From contig OZ316899.1 in NCBI GenBank assembly GCA_973895155.1, positions 7,319,241 through 7,383,240 of the forward strand: DNA of 64,000 bases, written 5' to 3'. Source of the DNA: Marsupella aquatica. Lineage: Eukaryota > Plantae > Marchantiophyta. A model generated the notes under the pieces. That model was given only the letters and a program-made list of their open reading frames with translations. It searched no databases and was not told the origin of the DNA. This document shows positions 24,293-36,170 of the stretch, piece after piece. Position 1 is the first letter of the stretch. Every line of letters starts with the position of its first letter. The position numbers and the translations under genes are program-made.

Positions 24293-25078
24293 GTGCGCTC
24301 GATTATGAAAGTAATTAAAGGTGACCCAATCGGTCAACAAACATTTCCGTCAGTCGCGTCCATAACAAACGTGGAAGCAAACTTGCAACAATTTTACAAT
24401 ATTGTATCTGCGTGCCTTGACCCACAAGCTCCCCTAGAGGAATACATCTTGAAGGATGATGAATGCAGCCTTACTCGGAGAGAAATGATGTGCCTTCAAG
24501 ATTGCAAATGGTTATGTGACGATGTCATGAATGCTTACATGGCATTGTTGTCTGATCGACAGAAGACATCATTGTCTGGCAAAAAATGCCACTTTTTCAT
24601 CACCCAATTCTTCCCAATTCTTTATCAACAAACGGGATATAACTACAAAGGTGTTTGAAAGTGGACAGGTCGCTCATTGTTATGTGATTGTGATCTCGTA
24701 TTCGTTCCTCTTCACAAGGTAATGAGCGAACGAGTGCATCATTGGGGCTTGGCAGTAATTGACATAAAAGGATGTCAACTCCATTACTTTGACTCTCTTG
24801 AATTGCCCCCCAATCCCGATGCTCTTGACCTCCTTGCCAAATATATTGACAATGAAGCCCATTATAAATCCCGAAAAACTCTAAACGCTGAATCATGGCC
24901 TCAATTTAATTTTCCCGACCTTCCTCTTCAGAAAGATGATTACAATTGTGGAGTATTTGTACTCAAATACGCTGAGTACCTCGCTGCAGATTTTCCCTTT
25001 GATTTCTCTTCAAGCGACATGCTTTACTTTAGGAGAAAGATGGTCTTTGATTTGTTCAACTGGAAGATCTCGGTTTAG
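24293..25078 (+). pseudogene. Ulp1/SENP-like SUMO protease (Peptidase C48), one in-frame stop
   Basis: WLCDDVMNAYM, HFFITQFF, VPLH...HWGLAVID, YFDSL, PLQKDDYNCGVFVLKYAE. Catalytic H, D, Q and C present; TGA at 24656-24658. Confidence 0.93.
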
Positions 25079-25929
25079 GCAAAATGTTTGGCGAGACCAC
25101 TGAAATGCCTTCCACACAAAAGATTGTCCTCGGTGAGGTTTGCCAAACCATTTTTGAAATTTGTTGATCAAACTATGGGAGTCCCATTAAAATTAGGGTA
25201 CCACCCATATTACCTAGATTCAGTCCTCAGCGAGGGTCGCCGACAAGTTTTTGAAAGAGTCTCGGCGAGCCTCACCGACCAATTACTAGAGAATATTTCT
25301 CGGTGAGCCTCGTCGACCAAATTTTGTTTGGATGTTTCCACGTCGTCAAATTTTGCCCATGAAGGGTCATTTTCACTTGCGCACCCAAATCTTGCAATCT
25401 TGTCAGGATCCGTACTGGAAACCAACCGATATGGTCCGTTGTATTATTTACAATCCATATTGCTTCAATTACGGTTGATACGGGAATATACGGTCGATAC
25501 CAACATGTACGGTCAATACCAAAATGTCCCATAGCTTGTACGTACGTACTCAAATCACTGACTCGGACGTACTCAAATCACAGAATGAGAGTTCATTTAC
25601 AAATGTCCGTGACAGACTGATATCTTGCATGGCCCGATCATACGTTGTGTGTAAAGCACAAAAGCATTACCACCGATTGATTTGTGGAGTTTGTTGGGTC
25701 GCAAAGTTGCAAGGGAGAGGGTGGTTGCTATGTGATTCTCACACGAGGTTAGGTCAAAGAAGATTCTTAGCCACCAAATCTAATATTGCAAGTACTCATT
25801 CAAGGATTAATGGTTTGTTGGATCCGTCGTTCTGTCTGTACATCTACCGCCATTTTAGTCTCAACAATTATTTTTGAAGCGGGGCACGCGGGCCCATTAA
25901 TTGAAGGCATTGTAAGGAGGTATGGTCCT

Positions 25930-26670
25930 TTTAGAGTGTGCCCGTTGTGGGTGGTGAGAAGGCGGTATACTTCGATGTACAACAATAAGCGGTCGACTAT
26001 ATCAATCTGCAACCTCTTGAGCGTCAGGGAGAACCTTCCGACAGTCATGGATATGGAGCTCAAAAAGAGGATGACGATGATGCAAGTCAAGTCGGACAAA
26101 CTTTGAGCTGAATTTTGCAGACTTTGAGCCCGCATCCAAGAAGATTGAGCCCGGATTTGGATTGCATTTCCTCAACTTGATAACCTGATTCCAGGCTTGC
26201 CGGATGATATCATTGAGTTGCACATTTGGCCGCGAATCCGTCAAGCGTTTGAAGAAGTTGCTCATCTTTATGATTCAGAATTGAGAGTTATATTGAATAT
26301 GGTCCGTTTGGCTGCGCACGTAAGCAGGATATGGAGGCACTTAGTATCAAACTGTAAGGCGTGGGCTGTTCTATGTTCCTCATACCAATTTTGTGGGCAC
26401 TGACTAAGTCATCACTTTGCGTATGTGTACCGTGAAACTCACAAAGGTTATCCTCCCATTGATATTTGGAGTCGCCTTCCTCTTGAGGAAATTGTCCGTC
26501 GTTCAAGCATCTGGTTGGAATATGATTTTGATTTGGTTGATTACTACTTTGAAGTGTATGGTGCTCAGAAGAGCCGCATTGAATACTGGAAATTGACGCA
26601 TTCCGGTAACCACTTCATAGAGCATATCCGAAATGCTTCTGAGCTCCTCTCGGAACTTGGTCTTTTGTAG
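25930..26670 (+). pseudogene. F-box-like protein 1 (stops)
   Basis: LIPGLPDDIIELHIWPRI...VSRIWRHLVSNCKAW. Start approximate. Confidence 0.65.
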
Positions 26671-26980
26671 AATTACTACGTTCTTTACTAGATAGGCATT
26701 CTTTACTAGATAGGACTGGCATAGACCGATCCAGATTTTGATTTGTTGGTCCTAGATGTCTTTGTTTGTGAATTCAAAATATATTGCAATTTTTCCTGTC
26801 AAGACTCAATTGACATGGTCAATTTTGCACCGCCTCTCAACTTTCAGCGAGGACGCCGACCACTTTATCTTTTTTCCTTGTCTCTTAGCGAGGGTCACTG
26901 AAATGGTAGGCCAATGTCAAACACTTGTCAAGGAGCTTAAGCGGCTTTTCTCCCCAAAAGACTACCTAATACCTGCTCCA

Positions 26981-29856
26981 TGTCATACCAGGGTCACAAA
27001 GGATTGACAAAACTTCTGAAATGTGTCTACAATGTCTAATCACTCCATACATAAGTAGTTTCAATTCTCCACTTCTAGAGAGGTAGTCCCCTTGACTACT
27101 TTTGTACTCACACCCTTCCCCTCTCCTCTACTCCAAGGATCAGCAAGGGGGATCTCCGCTCCAAGCTGTCACCTTAGAGTAGATTCTCACACAAAAACCC
27201 AAGAACCAAAGTACTTTCCTCTTCAAGCTTAAGTCTCCTCAAGACCCTCAAAGTAGTGTTACCCCTCAACCTTGCCCCCTGACCTTGGTTTGGGTCCACA
27301 CATCCCCCTTTGAGCTCTAGAGAAGGCTCCTCTATCTAAGGACTCTTCCTCTTGTTCTTACTTCTTGTTAACACCACACACCAAGCAAAATACTTTCCAC
27401 CCTCAAGCTATAATCCTTTCTAAGTCTCAAAGTAGTGCTCTACCTTAACCTTGCCTCCTTGGCCTTGGTTTTGTACTAGCACATCCCCTTCAAGCTTAGA
27501 CCAAGATTACATCATAGCATGGACTCTTCTCTTGCTCTCATATACTTCAAATGCACTCACACTTAATGGTCACAATGAAGATTGGCAAGTCTCCTTTTAT
27601 TGCATCACCTTTACAACAACAGTTCACTACACATTCTCCACACTAAGCATGGACCACCTCTCCCTTCTCAAGCTTAGCCCTACCTTGGCAAGGTAGAGAT
27701 TCCACTTAGGAGATGAGATTCCCGATCCCTAACAAATGAAAACTTACTCCTTATATACTATTCTCCTTCCACACCACACCAAGCTTGACCTGGGGTCCAA
27801 CTACTCCTCCCCCAAGTCCTCCTAACACACAAAGTCCAACTCTATAGTTTGTAGCCCACCCTATAACCTATTGTTTGGACTCCTTCCAAGCCCTGGAATA
27901 TGCCACACATGAGTTGCATGCTTTGACCTCCAAACCTGCTCCCACTTATGGTCCTCCTCACTAGCTTCCAAACCCACTTGAAAGCTCGCAAAAAGAGTAA
28001 GTGAGTCTCAAGTTGTGCCTAGTCAAAGATGACCTTATTTTACTAACTACCCTAAGTAAATTACCCCCTATACTTACTTTTCTTAACATGATGGCCTTAC
28101 ACCTTTGAAAAAATGTAAGTACCCTTCCCTAGAGCCTAACTAAAGTAGTATGGGTGCAAGAAAGGTCAGCCCCTAAATCTGGTAGTCATTCCCCTATGCC
28201 GACTTTGGTTTGCAAGCTATCGAGACCCCCTCATGGCCTCGGCTAAAAATATATTTGAGTGAATCTTTTCTGGGTTTCCACCTTCACCAAGGGGTGCCTT
28301 ACCCTCCCCTAACTCAGCACAAAAAAATTTGGGCCCCAACGGATACCCCTAGCCAAAGTTATGCCCATTCTCCCAAGGCCTATTTTTGGTGTAAAGCGGG
28401 TGTAAGCGACGACCCGATTACACTTACCTTACACGCCCCTTATGGAGATTCCAGGTGTCACCAGGGGAGAGTACTCTCATTATACTCACATTTCTTATAA
28501 AGAATTTGAGAAGGACATCAATTTTTGCAGCCATTTTTCTCTCTCTTGAATTCAATCTGAAACTGCATCATTCTCTATTGGATTCGAATGGCAGCAGGTC
28601 AATCTACAGCTCAACCAGGTTTGCAGCAGCCTTCTCAGTCCACCTCCATAGCCATCCAGCCTTGCAAGTGATTCAAAATCGTAGCAGAATTTTGCAGCAG
28701 CCATAGCCCACCAATTCGCAGCTAGCAGCACAACAGCACATTCGAAGCACAACAGCAGATTCGAAGCACAGCAGCAGCAGCCATAGCTTGATTCCTTCTC
28801 AGCAACTAGCTCTATTCCAATCACTCAGCCAAGCAGGTCTCTCTTCTCAATTTTGCAACTGCCCACCTCTGCAATTTCGCAGCTAGCAGCAATCCTATTT
28901 TGCAGCCATAGCTCTTCAATTCGCAGCAGCAACCCTCTTCCTTGTTGATCCGCTAATCAATTCTTGTGCAGCAGTCCATCTGATCAGCCGCCAGCCCTTC
29001 AATTTCGTAGCCCACCATAGCTCACAGTCAACCAACTAGCTCTTGATCAGCAACAGCCTATTTCTCCATAGCAAGCAACTCTATTCCAATCAGCAGCATC
29101 GAGGCAGCCAGCCAATTCTGATCAGCATCCCATGCCTGAAGCTATAGTAGCTCAATTCAATTTCATAGCTGCCTCTTGATCCCAATTCGAAGCAAGCATC
29201 TCATGTATTGACCCTTATGGTGTTCCTGACCTCGTGCTTGAGTTGCCCCGGCCTCGTGCTTAAGTCGTGGTCGCCGCCGACGCGGTTGACACTTAGAAAA
29301 ATTTCGGATTTTTTTGTTGGGAAAACAGTATTTTCAGGCCGTTTTGAACCGCCCCCATAAATCACAAATGAGTCCAAAATGACTTCTGAGTATATATATA
29401 TATTCTCTGGACATAGGACTATGTCCTGGTTTACTAATATCTAAACAAAACCTTATCACCAATTTTCTAAAATTAGGTAAAGTGGGTCAATTATTATGTT
29501 TTCCAAAATTCTTCTCACCTTTGAGATGCTCCCAAATAGTAACCAAAGATACCCAGCTTCTACCACAAGTTTCCAGGGATAGAGTGGACCATATTTAACC
29601 CACTTCCAAACTTTGAATTCCTAAATTTACTCATCAGATATTTTTCCCGGGACCCGCTATTTTGTTAATTTAAGTCACACCAAAATACAAGGAAACCCTA
29701 GGTTGAGACCCCACTTGACATTTAACTTTTTAGGGGTGCTCTAGGGACCTCCTAGCATCTATGGGAAAAATATGAACCAAAACTAAGACTTCAAGTGTCG
29801 GGTTGTTTCCCCGGCTCGGAATAGTCGCCTAGTCTAAATAAGGACGGAATGTTGTA
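26981..29856 (+). mobile_element. Non-coding LTR-like insertion (~2.9 kb), possibly a solo LTR
   Basis: Starts TGTCATACC; TATA-like TTCTTATAAAG at ~28492; GCAGCAGCC-rich tract at 28600-29200; ends GGAATGTTGTA. Flanks TGCTCCA / TGCCCCA. Lacks the palindromes of the surrounding unit. Ends uncertain. Confidence 0.4.
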
Positions 29857-30497
29857 TGCCCCATCATAAAGACCTTTCTTATCCCTTGTCACTTGCTTAG
29901 AACTCAGTAACCTTCCATTCCACTATCTTTCCTATTCTACCTACTTAAGTTCCTAAAACCTAGTTACTCCGATGGCACTAAAAACATCTTTCTTACTATT
30001 CCTTGTTCAAAAAGCAAAAAAATGACAAGTTTCTTACATTAACCTATATCGAGCCATTCCACAACCAATGACCAATGTCAATGTATTTTTAAAATATTCA
30101 ATGGAAAGTAGTTTTAGATTGTACTTTTATGTCATTCCATAGATTGTACTTTTATATCATTCCAAAATCCAGCTTTAAGAATTGAATGAAGATGAACTGA
30201 ATTGAATTTTGGAGTATCGCATCTCTCGGCAAGGCTCGCTAAGTTGCCTCGGCTATGGTTGCAAAGGGAAAGGACAGTACGGATGGTTGTCTTGTACCAA
30301 GTGTCCATATAATAGAATCCTTCCCAAATAATGATTGGAGGTATCCTAGAATGTCCGTGCAGGCACTGTTGACGTTAAGATTGTGAATTGAGGATTTGTA
30401 TAAGAGGTTTGTTAGGACCAGGAATTAAGAGCGCTAGACTATTTCCATCTTGTATCATTTTGACTTCGGAACTGAGTTGGAAGTGAGAAATATAATC

Positions 30498-31079
30498 ATG
30501 GAGAAGACAATCTCTTTGTCCGATATAGATAAGATGGCAAGGGACGGGATGACCGAGAACTTTGCACCGGAAGAAGTATGGATAGTAAATTTTGTCGCCC
30601 AGAATCCATTTCCAAGGAAATTTTTCTACTCGCGTTGTCTTGTTTTGCAATGCGGTCTCTCGATGGAATTTGGTCGGAAGTGCAACCATTCTATGACCGC
30701 GGAACCTGCATATCAATTCCATCTTTTAATTCAAGATTCACTCCATGGAGGTAGTGCACCCGTTACTGCACAGCTGTGGCAGACACGGAGCACCTTGTTG
30801 GGTTGCTCCGCAAAGGATTTTTCATCTTGTGATGAGTTGGACCAGATCATTTATGTCCAGCAACTGACGGCTGCCTGCCCAAAGATTCTTGTTAGTTTGG
30901 CCGCAAAAGACCATGAATTGAAGATCCAACACCTGCGTTTTTGCAATGGTCGTCCAAAAGTAGTTGTTCCGAGAGGTATTCAATCCCTCATTTTGACCGA
31001 GCAGACACAAAGGACACCGAAGAAATTGGTGAAAGCAACTTCTTCATCAAGGAGTGCTAAGAAACTGTTGGCATACTGA
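30498..31079 (+). CDS. RPA1 C-terminal OB-fold (DBD-C)-like protein, ~193 aa, open
   Basis: FFYSRCLVLQC...KCNH...YQFHLLIQDS...AQLW...LLGCSAKDF matches the Y.AC..C...C..(C/H)...Y.L...+.D.TG...LG.SA pattern of Rep_fac-A_C. Confidence 0.7.
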   Translation: MEKTISLSDIDKMARDGMTENFAPEEVWIVNFVAQNPFPRKFFYSRCLVLQCGLSMEFGRKCNHSMTAEPAYQFHLLIQDSLHGGSAPVTAQLWQTRSTLLGCSAKDFSSCDELDQIIYVQQLTAACPKILVSLAAKDHELKIQHLRFCNGRPKVVVPRGIQSLILTEQTQRTPKKLVKATSSSRSAKKLLAY

Positions 31080-31521
31080 CCTTATAAATTGATTCAAGGA
31101 AGCAGATTTAGATTCGTAAGGATTTCTAGATTCAATGGGCCCATTTCAATGTTTCTTGTGGTCGATTTGGTGGTCAATTTGGTGGTCGATTTAGATTTGC
31201 TGCCACAATGTACTTACAAACAAGAATATAAGCACCGGCTTTTGGGAGTTTTGGAAATTGTCCATCTAGTTTAATCCAAATACAAGTGCAAATATAACCT
31301 CAAATTCTATTTTGGCTATTCCGATCTCATTTGGACAAGAGTGATTTTGATGAGAGTGATTTGGATGAGAGTCCTTTGTCATTCAAGACAAATCTAACAG
31401 ATTGCAAACGATGCAAACATTGTTGACATATGATTAGCCCACCTGTTACAAATATTCGGAGGCATTCTTGTACTCGAGCAATACAAATATGAATACTTTC
31501 CCTAAAGGTGACATCCTCTGA

Positions 31522-32259
31522 CTAAACCCGGTAACAAATCTGAATAGTCTGACAAAGATCATCATTATCAAGCCCGTATCCACAATCAGGATTGTTGTTA
31601 ACCCAACCCGATGGATTGTCAGCCCAAACCAACCTGTTCTCCACCCATGCCTCTACCCTTCCATGGACATCACGATCGAAGAAATTGTCATACAGATCCC
31701 TCTCGTAACACTCCGTCCTCCTGTTGTAATGTGCAACCCAAGACTTCAATGGTGAAATGGGCCTCATGGAGAGGGTATCAATAGGAGGAATTTGACGCAA
31801 GAGCACACGGAATGTGCACGCGGTTGAATGACGAGTCCACTATCTATATTCAAATATATTTTCAATGATGTCCCTCAACACTTTCAAAGCTGCCCATACC
31901 TTCGAGTGAGTGATTAGGAATCTCCATTTCCTACTAACTCTCAACAAGACACGGATGTTGTTGATGGTCCGAAAGGTAGCATCATCATCAGTGCCATATG
32001 CATTTGCAGATTCAAATCCATTTTGAAGTAAACGACAAATGTGTCGCTCTGTCAGATCATCCGGGAGGCCAGAAATGAGACTCTGGTTTCTTGCCTGCCG
32101 ATTCTGCAATGGATAACGCATAGGCTCAGCCTGCTAGATTGACATTTGATCGACAATAGCTTTTGATTTGAGCTCCTCAATTTCAATCCTGAAATTCTCG
32201 AGCCGCTCAGCGCACTTCTGATAATAAAATTCCCTGACATCCGGATTCCATCCTGCCAT
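31522..32259 (-). pseudogene. F-box-like protein 2
   Basis: LISGLPDDLTERHI...LRVSRKWRFLITHSKVW; broken into ORFs 32134-32337, 31840-32121 and 31522-31806. Confidence 0.68.
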
Positions 32260-32892
32260 GTTGGACTCGACAATAGTAGAGGACCTAAAGCTGAAACAAA
32301 GTGAACAATTGGGATTGCCAAGGAAGACGTTTGGCACACAAAAACAAGAGGAAAACCCTTCTCTCTCAAGTGAACTCTGAACTGGTGGAGAGACCTGTAT
32401 GTTCGTAAACCCTGGAGGTCATTTTCCCCAAGACTTGTGCTTTTATTGCTTGAGGACTCTTGTTGAACTCGAGAGTTATTGAGGTTTTGTATTGGTCGAG
32501 GGCTCTTGCTCAACTCAAGAGTTTTCGGCAAGACCGCTGATAAGAGAATGTGCAAGTTGTGAGTTATGAAAGTTTTCAGCGAGGTTTGGCAAGACCGCTG
32601 AAAGTAGAATGTGCAAGGTGTGAGTTCTCAAAGATCTCAGTGAGGTTTGCTGAGCTCAGGTTGACTGCCTTGATTAGAAGGAGTTTATTGAAAAACAAAT
32701 TCGATCAACATTACAGATATATGAAATCACAATTCCGCAAACAATCTACTTCTAAGACAATTATCAATTCCGAATAGGTTCAAGTCAAATATCACCAGAA
32801 TGAATCCCATAGGCACTATCAGGACTATTGGGCTTCATATCTGCGAGATCGTCACACCATAACATTGGGGTTAACCTATTCTCGACCCATCC

Positions 32893-33495
32893 CTAGATTC
32901 TCTTGACTACATCCCCGTCAAAAAAAGTATCATAAAGATCCCTCTTGTATATTTCCGTCCTCCACACATAAAATGCCACCAAGGACTTCAGTGACAAAAT
33001 GGGCATCATGGAGAGGGCATCAATAGGAGGAATTTGACGCAAGAGCACACGAAACATACACGCGGTTGAATGATGAGTCCAATGTCTATTTTCCGGGATA
33101 TTTTCAATGATCTCCCTCAACACTTTCAAAGTTGCCCATACCTTCGAGTGAGTGATTAGGAATCTCCATTTCCTACTAACTCTCGATAAGACGCGGATGT
33201 TGTTGATGGTTCGGAAGGTAGCATCATCATCAATGCCATTTGAATTTGCAGATTCAAATCCATTTTGAAGTAAAGGCCAAATGTGTCGCTCTGTCAGATC
33301 ATTCGAGAGACCGTAGATGAGACTTGGGTTTCTTGCTTTGTCACTTGTCTCCCGATTCCGCATATTTTCCCATATTGAAAATTTATCAGAACTTGCTTTG
33401 GATTTCAGCTCCTCAATGTCAGCCCTAAATCTGTCAAGCCGGTTAGTGCACTTCTGATGATAATCCCCCCGCAACGTTGTATCCCTTCCTTCCAT
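32893..33495 (-). CDS. F-box-like protein 3 (tandem paralogue of 31522-32259)
   Basis: LIYGLSNDLTERHIWPLL...VSRKWRFLITHSKVW; high DNA similarity to 31690-32060. Confidence 0.68.
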   Translation of the reverse strand: MEGRDTTLRGDYHQKCTNRLDRFRADIEELKSKASSDKFSIWENMRNRETSDKARNPSLIYGLSNDLTERHIWPLLQNGFESANSNGIDDDATFRTINNIRVLSRVSRKWRFLITHSKVWATLKVLREIIENIPENRHWTHHSTACMFRVLLRQIPPIDALSMMPILSLKSLVAFYVWRTEIYKRDLYDTFFDGDVVKRI

Positions 33496-34620
33496 GGTGT
33501 AGTGTTGAATAGGAGAGACAAAGAGAGGAAAGATTAAGTTTCTGATGAAATAGTGACGGAGTGAAGAGTACAAAACAACCTATTGAAACCCTTTTTGCAA
33601 ACCAAAAAAAGAGTTGGACTCCCTCAATCGAGTGACCGTGACCGTCAACTGGGCTCTGAAGACTGGGATTGCTTTTAAATAGTGGAGTTCGTAGATTAGG
33701 GTTTGACCTCCAAATTTTTTCAGCCTTTATGGTTTTATTCTTTCGGCAAGATTAGGCGAGGTTTGCCAAGGTTTGCTGAGGTTTGGCGAGGTTTGGCTAG
33801 TTTTGGCGACATTTGCTGACGGTCACCTAGTGCTCGGCAAGGTTTGCCGAGGGCACCAAGGAAGTGTTACTTTGTCATATACTTCTCAGCGAGGGCGCTG
33901 AGCAGGGAATATAAACCCTAAATTGATACGGGTCGTTGATATAAGTGACTGATATGGCGCTCTAGAGTTCAACGAGGCCGCTGAATGAATGTACACTTTC
34001 GGCGAGGTTGCTGAGACAAATAGATATCAGTGGCTGATTACTTATAGGGTTAACAACCTCAGGAGGCAAAGGCACTAACCAAGGAGTTTGCAATGCAACA
34101 AACGGAACGGTATGACATCAAGAAGGATGTTCAAAACTGTACCACCATAGCTACGATTGGACAATTGCTGCAGGATAACCCAACTTACAAACAACAACTT
34201 AAAGATATGCTGATTGGGAAGAGGCATAAACGACTCCCTCAGGTAAGCACATTAGTTGACTGTATTATGATTTACTAGGACCTTGGGGCTCATGAGATCC
34301 CCATTGAAATACTGCGCTGCACTATTTGGTTTGTGCCAATAGATGGAGAGTTTGGAGTAAACATCATGACGGAAGATACATCCCAAAAGTTGGGGTACAC
34401 TTCATATCAACCCATGGCCCGAGCCATTCGATTGGCTAACGGTGCTTGGATTATGCCTTTGGGGGTGCTGACAAAGATTTCAACATGGATCAAAGGATTT
34501 GAGCTCTTCTTAAACTACTTGGTCATGCAACCAGTCCGACCCTCTTCATATCCGGTACTGCTGGGATGACCCTGGTTGTACAGCATCCTAAATGCTAAAC
34601 GGACTGGGGAAGAATGGAGC

Positions 34621-34686
34621 TATGATTTGGCTTCTTTTGTGACAGTGTCACGGTATGATTTGGCTTCTTTTGTGACAGTGTCACGG
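34621..34686. repeat. 33-bp exact tandem duplication
   Basis: TATGATTTGGCTTCTTTTGTGACAGTGTCACGG twice. Confidence 0.9.
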
Positions 34687-35660
34687 CGGGAGGAGGACTA
34701 TCAAGGCGAGACCCCTCAAGGGCCCAAGGAGTACGAATCGGAGGAGGAGGTATCAGAAGCAGAGGTGAACATAATCAAGGTAATTTCTCAGCTTAACAAG
34801 GAATAAATGTTTGGGGTAGACACCACTAGTACATTTTTGGCGGTTTTCCGATACTCCTTTTGAGCCAAACGTCACCCATCCCATGCCGAACACTTCGGAC
34901 AATATCCGATATGCCCCGCAACATATTTTCCGATCCTGATACCATCGGACCTACATATTCCGATGTAAAACCCATCGCATACACTGTCCCATCGTACTAC
35001 TATCGGACAGTATCCGACACTAAACATATCGGAAACTATGTCGCCATGACCGCATAATTCGTCTGAACCTTAATGCATCGCAAGATGTTTGCGTTGGTAG
35101 TTGTATCGGACTAGGACCGTCACAGAATGCATCGGATATTTGTGTCCGTTGGGTTTAGGGTCAGATAGTTTGTGCGTAAAAAATTATGTCGGAAATGGTC
35201 CGTCGGATGTTGGATCGGATATCTTGTCAACAAAGGAGGAGAAGGTGTCCGTTGTGGAGAGGATCGGAAATGTGTGTCCGATGGGTTTTATATGGAATAG
35301 TCCGTAGTTGGGAGTATCGGTCTGGTTTCTGTTTTTAGAAGGTGCAATGGAAATCCGATGGCTTTTTCATGGGACGGTCAATGGGACATAAGGCAGGGGG
35401 TTCTTAGGAAGGGTATATAAGGTAAGGACACTTCTATATATAACCAAGAGATTTTGGGCATGTGCATACCATGACAATTAAAGAAGTAATGATGCCAACT
35501 TTTATATTGCCGATTAAAAAAAACATGAAGGTGGTGTGGTTGGGGGGGCCTAGCTACATACAAAATATACTAACTAGCTTGTGGAGGGTCGAGGATGTCG
35601 TTGTCTTCCACTACAACGACATTGGGTCTCTCTTGGACTATAGACCGTGATCTAGGGATA

Positions 35661-36170
35661 TCAAAGTCAAAGTCAAATTCTAAGCTCCACGACGACCCAA
35701 TGAGTCAAGGGAGCTGTGGCAAAAAAGCCAAATACAAAGAAAAGAAATGAGTCAAATGCTCATGTGAGGATCTCTACATCCTCACTAATAACAAACTAAG
35801 GACCTTAAGAGTCACTAATGTGTAATGCTATCACATCGTTTCCTATCCACTGCCATCATATACAATCCAAGTTGCTTTGGTGGCAACCTAAATAGATCAT
35901 GCAGATCAGAAACAAGGATTTGATGTGCTATTCGAACCTCCTCATACCGTCTACATGCTATGAATACATGATATTCATTCTCAATGCTGCCACTATCACA
36001 AAGTCTACACACCCTATCCTGCCTCCTAATTCCCTTCCATCTACCCTCTTCTACCTCCAAGTGATGTGAGCTGAGTCTATATCTAGCAATCACTTGTCTC
36101 AACCTCATAGAAATGGGAGCTCTAAGATACTCTTGTTCTTCATACAACATCATGGGGTTTACATCCCTCA
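35661..36170 (-). mobile_element. 5'-truncated LINE fragment (RTEX-like) with (TTTGAC)n tail inside the CACTA transposase
   Basis: IARYRLSSHHLEVEEGRW...CRLCDSGSIENEYHVFIAC (C-terminal CCHC); 3' tail TTTGACTTTGACTTTGA; removal restores VMPY|IPRSRS. Confidence 0.82.

Larger units (their letters stand above)
15766..34049. mobile_element. Large cargo-carrying DNA-transposon-like unit (GCM/MULE-like transposase, ParB-MTase-like, Ulp1, F-box x3, RPA-C-like); left end deleted
   Basis: AT-richer block unified by a dispersed 19-bp palindrome from 18060 to 34015. The right end ...CTTATAGGG|TTAA (34049/34050-34053) directly precedes unrelated Gypsy coding sequence. Unit boundaries are inferred. Confidence 0.62.

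Noticed and set aside
28600-29200. PolyQ or Cys-rich coding region
   Set aside because: GCAGCA-rich low-complexity DNA with stops; no long ORF.
30450-31079. Helitron
   Set aside because: Only an RPA-like gene; no Rep/PIF1 helicase or diagnostic termini seen.
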